Shown here one piece after another: positions 25,201 to 34,396 of a stretch of 44,914 bases of DNA (positions within the stretch are counted from its first letter, which is position 1; each line of letters opens with the position of its first letter). The stretch spans positions 1 through 44,914 of the IMG/VR virus record IMGVR_UViG_3300025356_000001; one strand, given 5' to 3'. The notes under the pieces were generated by a model, which was not told the DNA's origin, made no database searches, and saw only the letters and a program-made list of their open reading frames with translations. The position numbers and the translations under genes are program-made. This DNA is from a virus. Its lineage: Duplodnaviria; Caudoviricetes.

Positions 25201-27422
25201 CAAATAATACCAATCAGCCATACGGCCTCCTAGACCTCGACGAGAATGAAGTACCGAAAACGAGGGTGCAGGATGCTGGTTCTGCTAGGGCAATGCTCTA
25301 TACGCTGATTGATGATGATCAACTCGCCTCTTATCGTAGGGCGCAGATCCAAGGTCAGATTGACGGCAACGCTCCCTTTAACGATACCCAACTTAAAGAG
25401 ATGGGCCAGGGAGATCGGATCAATGTGAATTGGGGTCATGCTGAAGCCAAGGTTGAGGCGGCAGTCATCCCTTACTTCGACATCCTCACATCTGTTGGTA
25501 GCTATGCCACCGTCAAGACCAAGTATGGTAAGGACATGGGCAAGCGCGAGGAGTGGTCTCGTATCCTCACAGAAGAATTTCACAGGCTCTTAGATAAGAC
25601 AAATCCTAACTTTATCTTACAACATCAGGTCGCCCACAAGCAGTTGGTCATTCATGGTCAGGCTTGTATGTTCTGGGGTGATGCTATGGACTTTAGGGCA
25701 AAGGCAGTTGAGCCTTGGCAGTTGATCGTCCCCAAGGGCAGTACGGTCGATTGGCAGAACTGGGAGTTCTGTTATGTGCTGGACGATATGTACACGGAGG
25801 AACTCTACCGATACATTGAGAACGAGGAAGCGGCTTCCCGTGGAGGATGGGATGTTGAGGAGTGCAAGGAAGCCATCATGCAAGCCAAGATTGACGAGCA
25901 GGATCAACGCCGTCCTTGGGAGTGGTATCAGAAGGAGTTCAAGAACAACGCCCTGTACTACTCATATGCCAAGAGCAAGATTATCAAAGCCGCCCATATG
26001 TATGTGCGTGAATATGATGGTCGCATTTCTCATTATGTCTTTGATCGTCTGAACTCCACAGAGTTCCTCTGCAAGCGCGAGTCCTGCTACAAAAACTTCA
26101 GCAATGCCTTCACGATCTTTCTGAATGGCGTGGGTAATGGATTCTATCATGGCGTGAGAGGGCTGGGTCAGAAAGTTTACAAGTACGCACAGGCTATGGA
26201 TCGCATCAACAACGCTCTCCTTGAGGGAGTGATTGTGGATTCTGCTGTGATGATCCAGCCGCAGAGTGCCAAGGATGCCGAGTCGCTGAAGACCGTTCAG
26301 ATTGGGCCTTATCGCATTCTCCCCCCTGGCATGAACTTCGTGCAGGTAGGAACCACCTCCAAGCTGGGTGGAGCCATGCAGGTCGCCCAGATGTTCCAAG
26401 GTCAGGAGAGCGATGACATTGGTAGCTTCATGCCTTCCGTTGCTGGAGGACGCAAGAAGAGCAATAAGGAAGTTGAGGCAGAGATTGGCGAGAAAAGCCG
26501 CCTCACCAACACCCGCGCTGAAATCTATCTCCAAGCCCTAGACACTCATTATCGTGAAGTCTATCGCCGCGCTTCTAATCCCAACATTGTTGAGGAAGAT
26601 CATGGTGGCCCAGAGGCACTTGCCTTCCAAGAGGCTTGCATGAATCGCGGAGTTCCTGCCGCCGCTCTTCTGGATATTGATTCTGTCAAGGCTACCCGTA
26701 GCATTGGTCAGGGAAGCTCTGCCGCCCGTATGCAAGCGATGGAACTTATCGGTCAATATCTGCCCCAGCTTCCAGAGAGCAACCGCAAGCGGGTTATCAA
26801 TGCCAACATTGCCGCTATCGCTGGTCAGACTGGTGTTGAGACGTTTGGTATCCCCGACGAGGACAAGCCAGAGGGTAGCGATCTTTCGATTGCCTCCCTT
26901 GAGAACAATGCGTTTGCGTCTGGTGGTCAGGTGCTTATTGATCCCGATCAGAATCACTTTGTTCATCTCACCGTTCACCTTCAGTATTGCGGTGGGATCG
27001 TTCAAGCAGTTCAGCAACAGCAGGAAGATCCTCGCAAGGCGGCAGTTACCATGCAAGCGGCTATCCCGCACATCCTCACCCACCTCAAGTATCTTGAGGA
27101 AGACCCGACCCGTAAGGAGCAGTTTGATAATCTCAATGAGCAGACCAGCGAGTTGATGAAGATTGCCGATCAGTTGAATAAGCTGGCAGAGCAGATGAAT
27201 GAGCAGGAGCAAGCCCAACAAGGTCAGCAGGGAGCGCAAGATCCCAAGATGGCGGTGGCACAGAATAAGATCATGCTGGATCGCGCCAAGTTCCAGAATG
27301 ACGCACAGATCAAGCAAGCCAAGGCTCAACATCAGATGATGCTCCAAGATCGGAAAACGGCCCAAAAATTGATGATTGACAAGGTTAAGACGGCAAGTAA
27401 GTATTCAAGCATCGCCCCCTAG
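25197..27422 (+). CDS. Portal protein (probable, P22/T7-like long type)
   Basis: 741 aa, helical, Gln-rich coiled-coil C-terminus; R..N..L..V.....V pattern; clustered with scaffold and TerL. Confidence 0.75.
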   Translation: MTNNTNQPYGLLDLDENEVPKTRVQDAGSARAMLYTLIDDDQLASYRRAQIQGQIDGNAPFNDTQLKEMGQGDRINVNWGHAEAKVEAAVIPYFDILTSVGSYATVKTKYGKDMGKREEWSRILTEEFHRLLDKTNPNFILQHQVAHKQLVIHGQACMFWGDAMDFRAKAVEPWQLIVPKGSTVDWQNWEFCYVLDDMYTEELYRYIENEEAASRGGWDVEECKEAIMQAKIDEQDQRRPWEWYQKEFKNNALYYSYAKSKIIKAAHMYVREYDGRISHYVFDRLNSTEFLCKRESCYKNFSNAFTIFLNGVGNGFYHGVRGLGQKVYKYAQAMDRINNALLEGVIVDSAVMIQPQSAKDAESLKTVQIGPYRILPPGMNFVQVGTTSKLGGAMQVAQMFQGQESDDIGSFMPSVAGGRKKSNKEVEAEIGEKSRLTNTRAEIYLQALDTHYREVYRRASNPNIVEEDHGGPEALAFQEACMNRGVPAAALLDIDSVKATRSIGQGSSAARMQAMELIGQYLPQLPESNRKRVINANIAAIAGQTGVETFGIPDEDKPEGSDLSIASLENNAFASGGQVLIDPDQNHFVHLTVHLQYCGGIVQAVQQQQEDPRKAAVTMQAAIPHILTHLKYLEEDPTRKEQFDNLNEQTSELMKIADQLNKLAEQMNEQEQAQQGQQGAQDPKMAVAQNKIMLDRAKFQNDAQIKQAKAQHQMMLQDRKTAQKLMIDKVKTASKYSSIAP

Positions 27423-27446
27423 CGTCCCCAAAAAACAAAACCAAAA

Positions 27447-27782
27447 ATGAAAACCGAATGCGGGAGTAATGACCCCGCCACGATAGAACAGCTTCGCAAT
27501 CGCGTAGCATCACTCACCGCTGTAATCTACAGCGCGATCAACGAGGATACATCATCTCTCGCATCTCGTTATATGCAGGAGAAGATGGAACGACTAAACG
27601 CACCTAACGTGGAGAAGATCGGAAGGCAGGAAATGCTGGAAGAAGTTATCTCACTCGTTTACGAGCGTTACTTTATGTACAACCGCACATTCCACGGAGC
27701 CGATTCAGAGCGCACAGCGCAGTTCAAGAATCTGATTCACGACCTTCGTGAGATGCAAGCACAGGAGATGAATGATGAGTAG
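27447..27782 (+). CDS. Hypothetical protein
   Basis: A/C-rich leader caaaaaaacaaaaccaaaa; 111 aa. Confidence 0.7.
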   Translation: MKTECGSNDPATIEQLRNRVASLTAVIYSAINEDTSSLASRYMQEKMERLNAPNVEKIGRQEMLEEVISLVYERYFMYNRTFHGADSERTAQFKNLIHDLREMQAQEMNDE

Positions 27783-29055
27783 GTGTTTGGTGATAGATCA
27801 CGGTCTTTTTTCGGCATTCGCAGAGCGATTGGCAGAAGAGCATGAGGTGAGGTACTTCGTTCCTTTCAACGAGAAGTCATTCCCGATCCCTGGCCCTGCT
27901 TTTATTGGAGAGGGACTCAAGGGAGTGGAGCGAGTCAATAGCTGGGAGGAAAACCTAGATGTGGACTTCGTTGTGATTCCCGATGTGGGATTCATGTATT
28001 TGGCAGAGCATATCCGATCCCTTGGCATTCCCGTGTGGGCGGCTGGTCTTGGAGAGAAGCTGGAAGTGCAGAGGTGGAGGGCAAAGGAAACCATGAGGGA
28101 GCTTGGGCTTCCTGTGGGTAAATGCGCTCTCGTTACTGGCATGACTGCCCTGCGTGAGTACCTTGAGAACAATGATGAAGTGTATGTCAAAATAAGTGGC
28201 TTCCGAGGATTGGCTGAAACCTTCTATGCCCCTACATGGAAGCTGGCAGAGCCTCGCGTAAACGAGTTGTGGGACGCTCTAGGCGGTCTTTGCAACATCT
28301 TCCCGTTCATCATAGAGCATAAGGTGGAAAGCGTTGTAGAGGCTGGATATGACGGATTCTGCATTGACGGCAAATATCCCTCCACTTGCTTGACTGGCGT
28401 GGAAGTGAAGGACTGCGGCTATGTGGGATGCGTGAGGGACTACGCTGATCTTTCCGAGCCTGTTAAGATCGTCAACGAAAAGCTGGCTCCTTTTATGGAG
28501 GAGGCCAAGTATCGTCAATGGTTCAGCACCGAGATCAGAGTCACCGATGAGGGAACGCCTTATCTGATTGATCTTACTACCCGTTGCCCTGCACCTCCTT
28601 CTGCCCTTGTGTGGGAGATGGTAGATAACGTGGGAGAGATAGTGGAAGCTGGAGCTAACGGAATTTTGGTAGATCCAAAATGGAGAGCCAAGTATGGTGC
28701 GCTTGCTATCATCAAGTCCTCATTTGCAGAGGAGCGATCCCTGCCAGTAGCCGTTGATCCCAAGGTGGAGCGGTGGATCAAGTGGCGTAATGCTTGCCGC
28801 ATTGAGGATACTACCTACATCATTCCTACGCTGGGTGTGAGGATGTGCGAGGTGGGAGACTGCATTGGCATTGGCGACACGATGGAAGAGGCTATCCAGA
28901 ACTGCCAAGAACACGCTGAAGGAGTGAAGGGGTTTGATGTAAAGGTCAATACTGACGCTCTGCCAGCGGCATTAAAAGAGATTGAAAACGCAGAGGAGAA
29001 TGACATCATCTTCACCGATGATAAGCTCCCTAAAATGAAAGACCTACTAGACTAA
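27772..29055 (+). CDS. ATP-grasp ligase, distantly PurD (GAR synthetase)-like
   Basis: Rossmann-like N-terminus, LG.PVW.A...EKLE..RW.AK..M..LGLP, YVKIS, FIIEHKV...VE.G.DG, PYLIDLT.R. Confidence 0.78.
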   Translation: MMSRCLVIDHGLFSAFAERLAEEHEVRYFVPFNEKSFPIPGPAFIGEGLKGVERVNSWEENLDVDFVVIPDVGFMYLAEHIRSLGIPVWAAGLGEKLEVQRWRAKETMRELGLPVGKCALVTGMTALREYLENNDEVYVKISGFRGLAETFYAPTWKLAEPRVNELWDALGGLCNIFPFIIEHKVESVVEAGYDGFCIDGKYPSTCLTGVEVKDCGYVGCVRDYADLSEPVKIVNEKLAPFMEEAKYRQWFSTEIRVTDEGTPYLIDLTTRCPAPPSALVWEMVDNVGEIVEAGANGILVDPKWRAKYGALAIIKSSFAEERSLPVAVDPKVERWIKWRNACRIEDTTYIIPTLGVRMCEVGDCIGIGDTMEEAIQNCQEHAEGVKGFDVKVNTDALPAALKEIENAEENDIIFTDDKLPKMKDLLD

Positions 29056-29056
29056 T

Positions 29057-29335
29057 ATGACACTAACTGATTGGAGATCCAATGTGGATCTGGCGATTGA
29101 GCTAAAGAAGCTCCTTGATAACCCTGTAATGAAACACGCTATAGCTGTCGTTGACGGCTTGAGCATGGCGAAAACTCTAGGCAATGGGGCTGGCCTTATC
29201 CAGCAAGCAAACAATGCTCACGTTCTCTTTGGCTATGATTCTGGAAGGGCATCAGCTATCAGCGATCTCTTCATCCTAGCCGAAGTACCAGAGGAGCAAG
29301 TCAACATTGAGCCTACCTACACCAGCGAATTTTAA
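29057..29335 (+). CDS. Small head-assembly-associated protein
   Basis: 92 aa between ATP-grasp and scaffold; G..SG....I..L pattern like small proteins that follow portals (inference). Confidence 0.55.
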   Translation: MTLTDWRSNVDLAIELKKLLDNPVMKHAIAVVDGLSMAKTLGNGAGLIQQANNAHVLFGYDSGRASAISDLFILAEVPEEQVNIEPTYTSEF

Positions 29336-29338
29336 CAT

Positions 29339-30541
29339 ATGGACACACCAACCCCAACCACACCCGTAGCAACCATCCCCGCTGAACCGATCCCTGCGAC
29401 TCCTATGGAGCGTCCTAGCGATCTGTCCCAGCTATCGCGTCAACTAAAGAACAAGCCCAATCTGCCAAAGGTAGATTACAAGAACCTCGCAGAGCTTCCT
29501 GACGTGGGAACGAAAGAGGTTGCTCCTACCCCTGCTGGCATTGACGTAGTTCCAGAGACATCTGTGCAGGATTTCCTCAAGAGCATTGAGGAGAAGAAGA
29601 ATACTGGCCCTATTGAGGAAGCCCCCAAGGAGGAAGCCAAGGTTGAGGCTCCTGCTGATAGCCTGGATCTTTCTGATCTTGATCTTTCCAAGGAGCCAGA
29701 GGCAATCACCGAGGAGAAGCCTAAGAAGAAGAGCAAGGAGGATAACCTTGCAGAGCTTCGCAAGAAGGCAGAGGCCGCAGAGTTTGAGATCAAGAGCCGT
29801 GATGAGAAGCTGGCTGAATACCAGAAGAGGGCAGAGGAGCTAGAGGCAGAGCTTGAGAGGACTGCGTTTGAGCGTAGCCCCAAGTTCCGCGATAAGTTCC
29901 AAGCTCCCTATGAGTCGGCTATTGCCAAGGCTACCGAGTGGGCTAACGAGTATGCCGCTGACCCTGCTATTGCAGAGAAGGCTTTGTCGCTGAAGGGCAA
30001 GGAGCGTATTGAGTTTATCGACGAGAACTTCGGAGGAGGTGCGGCATCTGCCCAATTCCTATCCCTCATCAATGACGCTGACAGCAAGCGCGGTGCGCTT
30101 GAGGCGGCTATGGTGAATCATCGTGAGACTGCTTCCACTCTTGTGCAGGAGGAGGAGAAGACTCGCCAGCAGACTACCGAGAAGATCAACAAGAACTTTG
30201 AGCGAGTTGCCAATCACCTCGCCAGCAAGTCTGACTTCTTCCGCAAGGGAGATGATGAGGATCATAACAAGGTGGTGGATGAGCGTATCGCGGCGGCTAG
30301 GAACATCCTTATGGGGACTGCTTCCGAGAACGACATGATGGTCACTCCGTTCCTTGCGGTGATTGCCAAGGATGCGGTTGCCGAGAATGCCAAGCTCAAA
30401 GCAGAGCTTGCTAAATACAAGGCTCGCGTTGCTCAAGACACTGCGGTCAGCCCATCGCCAAGGCGCGGAACTAGCGAGATCAACGAGACTACCGGCAAGC
30501 CCAAGGGGGCAATGGATTCTATTCGATCCTACTTCCGATAA
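29339..30541 (+). CDS. Scaffolding protein (probable)
   Basis: Pro/Glu-rich disordered N-terminus, long coiled coil, basic amphipathic C-terminal helix AMDSIRSYFR. Confidence 0.7.
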   Translation: MDTPTPTTPVATIPAEPIPATPMERPSDLSQLSRQLKNKPNLPKVDYKNLAELPDVGTKEVAPTPAGIDVVPETSVQDFLKSIEEKKNTGPIEEAPKEEAKVEAPADSLDLSDLDLSKEPEAITEEKPKKKSKEDNLAELRKKAEAAEFEIKSRDEKLAEYQKRAEELEAELERTAFERSPKFRDKFQAPYESAIAKATEWANEYAADPAIAEKALSLKGKERIEFIDENFGGGAASAQFLSLINDADSKRGALEAAMVNHRETASTLVQEEEKTRQQTTEKINKNFERVANHLASKSDFFRKGDDEDHNKVVDERIAAARNILMGTASENDMMVTPFLAVIAKDAVAENAKLKAELAKYKARVAQDTAVSPSPRRGTSEINETTGKPKGAMDSIRSYFR

Positions 30542-32230
30542 ATGAAGCTCCAGACCTACGGGCTGGACTTGAGTGCATTTCCAAAGGCAACGCAACTAGA
30601 GGTTGAGTTGCTGATGGTGAAAGATCCCGATCCAAGTCGCTTCAGCGGCTTGAGTCGGGGTCAGCATATCAAGCACGTTATCCATATGCTATGGCCTTGG
30701 GTCATGGATGGATGGAATGACTGGTCAGAGCTTTGTCTCTGGGCTTGGACAAACTATAAGGAGATCGGGACTACTGGATGCGGAGCCGCTGGAAAGACAT
30801 TCACATTCTCGTTAATTTCTACGATTGAGTATTTGGCTTGCCCTATGGCAACCCGTGTTGCGCTCACATCAACGACAGTTCCTAGCTTGAGAGGCCGTGT
30901 ATGGAGTGAAGTGATGAACTTCATGCGCCCAGTTTATCCTTTGTTTGGGTTGAACATAGTTGATTCTCAAACCAAGATTCAATTTCAGAAAGGGGATGAC
31001 CGACATTCAATTATCGGTCTAGCAGTTGATAGCGGGGCTGTAGAACAAGCGGTTGGTAAATTGCAGGGCTTCCACCCATCACGGACTATTATCTGCGTTG
31101 ACGAAGCCCCGCAGAGTCCCCCTGCTGTTTTCGATGCAAGATTCAATCTTTCTATTGGTGCAGATTTCTATCGCTTTGTGGCAATCGGAAACGCCAGCAG
31201 TCAATATGATGCACATGGAAGGTTCTGTGAACCAAAGGGAGGATGGTCAACCATCACGGCAGACTATGAATCATGGGAAACTAAGACTGGTATTTGTATT
31301 CACTTTGATGGGCTAAAGTCCCCGAATGTCAAGCGCGGTAAAATCATCTTTCCAAAGTTATTCTCTCAAGATGACATAGATGCTTGCCGAGCCAACTATG
31401 GAGAGAACTCTCTTCAATGGTGGAGCTATGTGAGGGGGTTCTGGCCTCCTAGCGGCGTTAGAAACACAGTTGTTGATGCGGCTACCATCCAAGAAGGAAA
31501 GGCATCAGACAAGGCAATATGGGCGGGTGGAGGGCTAATGCAAGTAGCGGCTCTTGACCCTGCATTCACAACAGATGGCGATGATTGTGTTCTGCGATTT
31601 GGCATGATTGGAAAGACTGTTGATGGTGATACTGTTCTAATGATTACAGAGACTCACAAGATCATCATTGAAGAAAGGGTGGATTATCCTGCATTCTTTC
31701 AGATTGCGGATAGGGTGATTGAAAAACTCAATCAAAAGCGCATAGAGCCAGAATGTTTTGCTCTTGACTCTACTGGAGGAGGAGCAGGACTTGCGGACAT
31801 CATAAGCCAGCGTTGGAAGAATGGATTCCATCGCGTGACCTTTGGAGGATACGCAACCGAAGACAAAGTGAGCGTAGAAGATGAGAAGACAGGCAAAGAG
31901 CTTTATTACAACAGGGTCACTCAACTTTGGTTCAATGTGCGCCAAATGATTGTTGGAAACAAACTTCGTGGACTAGACGAGGACACGGCGCGAGAGCTTT
32001 CTACTCGCCTATACTCGCTGAAGAAGGAAAAGATTTGCGTTGAGAGTAAGAAAGAAATGAAGGCAAGAACAAGCGGCAACAGTCCAGATAGAGCAGATGC
32101 CTTGGCTCTTCTTGTGGAGGTGTTTGTCAGGAACTACGGCATACAAGGGACTAGCGAAACAAATCAGCAAATGGAAGAAGATTGGGATAGCTTTGTTAGC
32201 CAAAATACGCTAGAGTCCTCATATGACTGA
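30542..32230 (+). CDS. terL: Terminase large subunit
   Basis: Walker A GCGAAGKT, Walker B ICVDEA, coupling motif IGNA, nuclease ALDPA and SPDRADA. Confidence 0.93.
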   Translation: MKLQTYGLDLSAFPKATQLEVELLMVKDPDPSRFSGLSRGQHIKHVIHMLWPWVMDGWNDWSELCLWAWTNYKEIGTTGCGAAGKTFTFSLISTIEYLACPMATRVALTSTTVPSLRGRVWSEVMNFMRPVYPLFGLNIVDSQTKIQFQKGDDRHSIIGLAVDSGAVEQAVGKLQGFHPSRTIICVDEAPQSPPAVFDARFNLSIGADFYRFVAIGNASSQYDAHGRFCEPKGGWSTITADYESWETKTGICIHFDGLKSPNVKRGKIIFPKLFSQDDIDACRANYGENSLQWWSYVRGFWPPSGVRNTVVDAATIQEGKASDKAIWAGGGLMQVAALDPAFTTDGDDCVLRFGMIGKTVDGDTVLMITETHKIIIEERVDYPAFFQIADRVIEKLNQKRIEPECFALDSTGGGAGLADIISQRWKNGFHRVTFGGYATEDKVSVEDEKTGKELYYNRVTQLWFNVRQMIVGNKLRGLDEDTARELSTRLYSLKKEKICVESKKEMKARTSGNSPDRADALALLVEVFVRNYGIQGTSETNQQMEEDWDSFVSQNTLESSYD

Positions 32231-32804
32231 CACAATTCACCGAGATAGAGAATCACTTGAAGGACACAGATTTGGACGCTTGCTTGTTTTGAAGCGCGGC
32301 AGGAAAGATCACAAAGGAAAATATTACTGGCTATGCCGATGTGATTGCGGAGTAGAAAAAGAAATCATGGGATACGCATTAAAGCGTGGACAAAAAAGTT
32401 GCAACTGCTTGTGGAAAGAAAACCGCTCTGGGAAAACGCATGGCATGAGCAAGAGCAGAGAATACATTCATTGGAGGGGGATGCTCAATCGTTGCTCACC
32501 AAATATAAAACATCCTTGCAAGAAAGACTACGCTGATCGCGGCATCAAGGTTTGCGAACGATGGAAAGGAAAAGATGGATTCTTGAATTTCCTTGCAGAC
32601 GTTGGCCCAAAGCCAAGCCCCAATCATTCCATAGACCGCATAGATGTGAATGGAGATTACGAGCCGAGCAATGTCCGATGGGCTACACAACGAGATCAAG
32701 TGGCAAATCGGAGGAAGTATGTATCCATAGATCAATACAGCGAGGCAGAGCTTTTTGCAGAGGTCGCTAGAAGGGGCTTAAAAATTTCTTCAAAAAAAGA
32801 TTGA
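32223..32804 (+). CDS. HNH-type homing endonuclease
   Basis: G.RFGRL.V...WLC.CDCG...SC.C...THGMS...Y..W..M..RC...RGIKVCERW...SIDRIDVNGDYEP.N.RWAT. Confidence 0.9.
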   Translation: MTDTIHRDRESLEGHRFGRLLVLKRGRKDHKGKYYWLCRCDCGVEKEIMGYALKRGQKSCNCLWKENRSGKTHGMSKSREYIHWRGMLNRCSPNIKHPCKKDYADRGIKVCERWKGKDGFLNFLADVGPKPSPNHSIDRIDVNGDYEPSNVRWATQRDQVANRRKYVSIDQYSEAELFAEVARRGLKISSKKD

Positions 32805-32856
32805 CCAGCTTTTTCATTCTGCTACGACTCGTAGCTGAACCAGAGGCAATGGCCTC
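32801..32856 (+). promoter_or_regulatory. Putative promoter with palindromic operator and leader hairpin
   Basis: TTGACC 32801; palindrome GCTACGA-C-TCGTAGC 32821-32835 over the -10 zone; hairpin GAGGC-aatg-GCCTC. Confidence 0.5.
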
Positions 32857-32873
32857 GCAACCCACATAAAACA

Positions 32874-33071
32874 ATGAGAAGACCCCGACCATTCGGACAA
32901 ACGCATTCATGTGAATGCGGCAAGGACACGGAGATTGTAGTGTATCCCTACATCCCAGCGATCACCTCGCATCAATACGAGGACAACGAGGAAGCAGAAG
33001 GCGGCTACTGCGATCCAGAGGAATGCCCAGAGTGCGGATGCGGAATTGATTACGAGGACTACGCAGAATGA
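32874..33071 (+). CDS. Small Zn-ribbon-like protein
   Basis: CECG ... CPECG; A/C-rich leader. Confidence 0.65.
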   Translation: MRRPRPFGQTHSCECGKDTEIVVYPYIPAITSHQYEDNEEAEGGYCDPEECPECGCGIDYEDYAE

Positions 33072-34396
33072 ACCATGTGGATACTACCTCACCCATTACA
33101 CACATCAGCCTTTGTGCAGGATACGGAGGCATTGATCTCGGACTTAAACGAGCAATCCCAAATCTGCGCACAATCGCTTTTAGTGAGATCGAAGCCTTCG
33201 CCGTTGCGAACTTGGTCAGCAAAATGGAAGCGGGACTCTTGGACTGCGCTCCTGTCTGGACGGATCTTAAAACCTTCCCTTGGGACGAGTTTCGTGGAAA
33301 GGTGGACATCCTTTCTGGAGGCTTCCCTTGCCAGCCATTCAGTTGTGCAGGAAAGCGAAATGGAGATGAAGATCCCCGCCACCTCTTCCCGTACATTCTG
33401 GACGGCATTGGAAGATGCAGACCTTCCATTGTTTTCCTTGAAAATGTTGAAGGAATCCTCTCCGCAAAACTCTCTGGAGACAACTGGAGAGATCCAGCGG
33501 GAACGCCAGTTTTGCTCCATGTCCTCCGGGAGTTGGAACGAGTGGGTTACAAAGCAACGGCAGGAGTATTCAGCGCGAGTGAAGTCGGTGCGCCTCACCA
33601 ACGCAAACGAGTCTTCATCATGGCCCACAATACGAACAAGCGAATACAAGGATGTGGGGCCGGTGGGGTCAAAGAGTCACAATCATATGCTAGGGAAGCA
33701 TTATCTTTGTGCAGTAGTAACGCAGGAGGCGACGAGATTAGCTTGGCCCACACCAGAAGCATTTGTGCAGAGAGGGCCAATCAAGACAGAGCTAACGCAA
33801 GCGGGGTTTGTGAGCTATCATGGAGATCAGAAATACGGAGCGAAGCTATCGGATGCAGTAACTTGTGGCCTAGCCGACCAGGGCAACCTCAATACAAGTG
33901 GGAGCCGCCAAGAGTCGTGGGCAACGCCTCGGACTCATCAAGGGGACAATCCATCAGAACATCAGAGAAGAAGTCCGAATATTGCAGTAATGGTGAAAAC
34001 AGAAGACAACACAAATCAATCAGGCAAACTGAACCCTCGGTGGGTGGAAACCCTAATGGGACTTCCCGTGGGGTGGGTCATGCCGAGTTGTCAGAACCCG
34101 ATCACCCCGCAGGGGGATGCAAGTCCGAGTCATGGGACGGAAAGTTGGGAAACCCCAATAGCTATGGACGGGAAAAGCTCCATAGCAAGTCGGGATGCCG
34201 CCATGAAGGAGAACGAGAGAACGGGGGGGAATGTTCGCTTGAGTGGGCAAGTTCTTATTCAGACCTCTACATCTCCTGTGACAATCGAACCGACGAACTC
34301 CGACTCCTCGGAAACGGAGTCGTCCCCGCCACAGCAGCACTCGCATTCAGAACTCTTCTAAAACAATTAACCAACACACAACAATGCAATCAGTAA
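33068..34396 (+). CDS. C5 DNA cytosine methyltransferase, main (alpha) frame: motifs I-VIII and X
   Basis: SLCAGYGG (I), GGFPCQPFS (IV), ENVEG (VI), PHQRKRVF (VIII), LRLLGNGVVP (X); no motif IX in this frame. Confidence 0.92.
   Translation: MNHVDTTSPITHISLCAGYGGIDLGLKRAIPNLRTIAFSEIEAFAVANLVSKMEAGLLDCAPVWTDLKTFPWDEFRGKVDILSGGFPCQPFSCAGKRNGDEDPRHLFPYILDGIGRCRPSIVFLENVEGILSAKLSGDNWRDPAGTPVLLHVLRELERVGYKATAGVFSASEVGAPHQRKRVFIMAHNTNKRIQGCGAGGVKESQSYAREALSLCSSNAGGDEISLAHTRSICAERANQDRANASGVCELSWRSEIRSEAIGCSNLWPSRPGQPQYKWEPPRVVGNASDSSRGQSIRTSEKKSEYCSNGENRRQHKSIRQTEPSVGGNPNGTSRGVGHAELSEPDHPAGGCKSESWDGKLGNPNSYGREKLHSKSGCRHEGERENGGECSLEWASSYSDLYISCDNRTDELRLLGNGVVPATAALAFRTLLKQLTNTQQCNQ
33075..34361 (+). 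CDS. Overlapping +1-frame (beta) polypeptide with TRD-like W-x-T-P units and motif IX
   Basis: 428 codons without a stop; WPTI 33621, WPTP 33744, WATP 33918, LNPRWVETLMGLPVGW 34029-34076, WETP 34146. Confidence 0.75.
   Translation: MWILPHPLHTSAFVQDTEALISDLNEQSQICAQSLLVRSKPSPLRTWSAKWKRDSWTALLSGRILKPSLGTSFVERWTSFLEASLASHSVVQESEMEMKIPATSSRTFWTALEDADLPLFSLKMLKESSPQNSLETTGEIQRERQFCSMSSGSWNEWVTKQRQEYSARVKSVRLTNANESSSWPTIRTSEYKDVGPVGSKSHNHMLGKHYLCAVVTQEATRLAWPTPEAFVQRGPIKTELTQAGFVSYHGDQKYGAKLSDAVTCGLADQGNLNTSGSRQESWATPRTHQGDNPSEHQRRSPNIAVMVKTEDNTNQSGKLNPRWVETLMGLPVGWVMPSCQNPITPQGDASPSHGTESWETPIAMDGKSSIASRDAAMKENERTGGNVRLSGQVLIQTSTSPVTIEPTNSDSSETESSPPQQHSHSELF

Noticed and set aside
25962-27365. Long minus-strand ORFs over portal (also over scaffold, DnaB and 21..518)
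   Set aside because: Antisense shadows of codon-biased genes with Leu/Ser-rich, non-protein-like composition.
27772-29055. Assigning the symbol purD (purine auxiliary metabolic gene)
   Set aside because: Only fold-level resemblance; I could not see the PurD signature motifs and no other pur genes are present.
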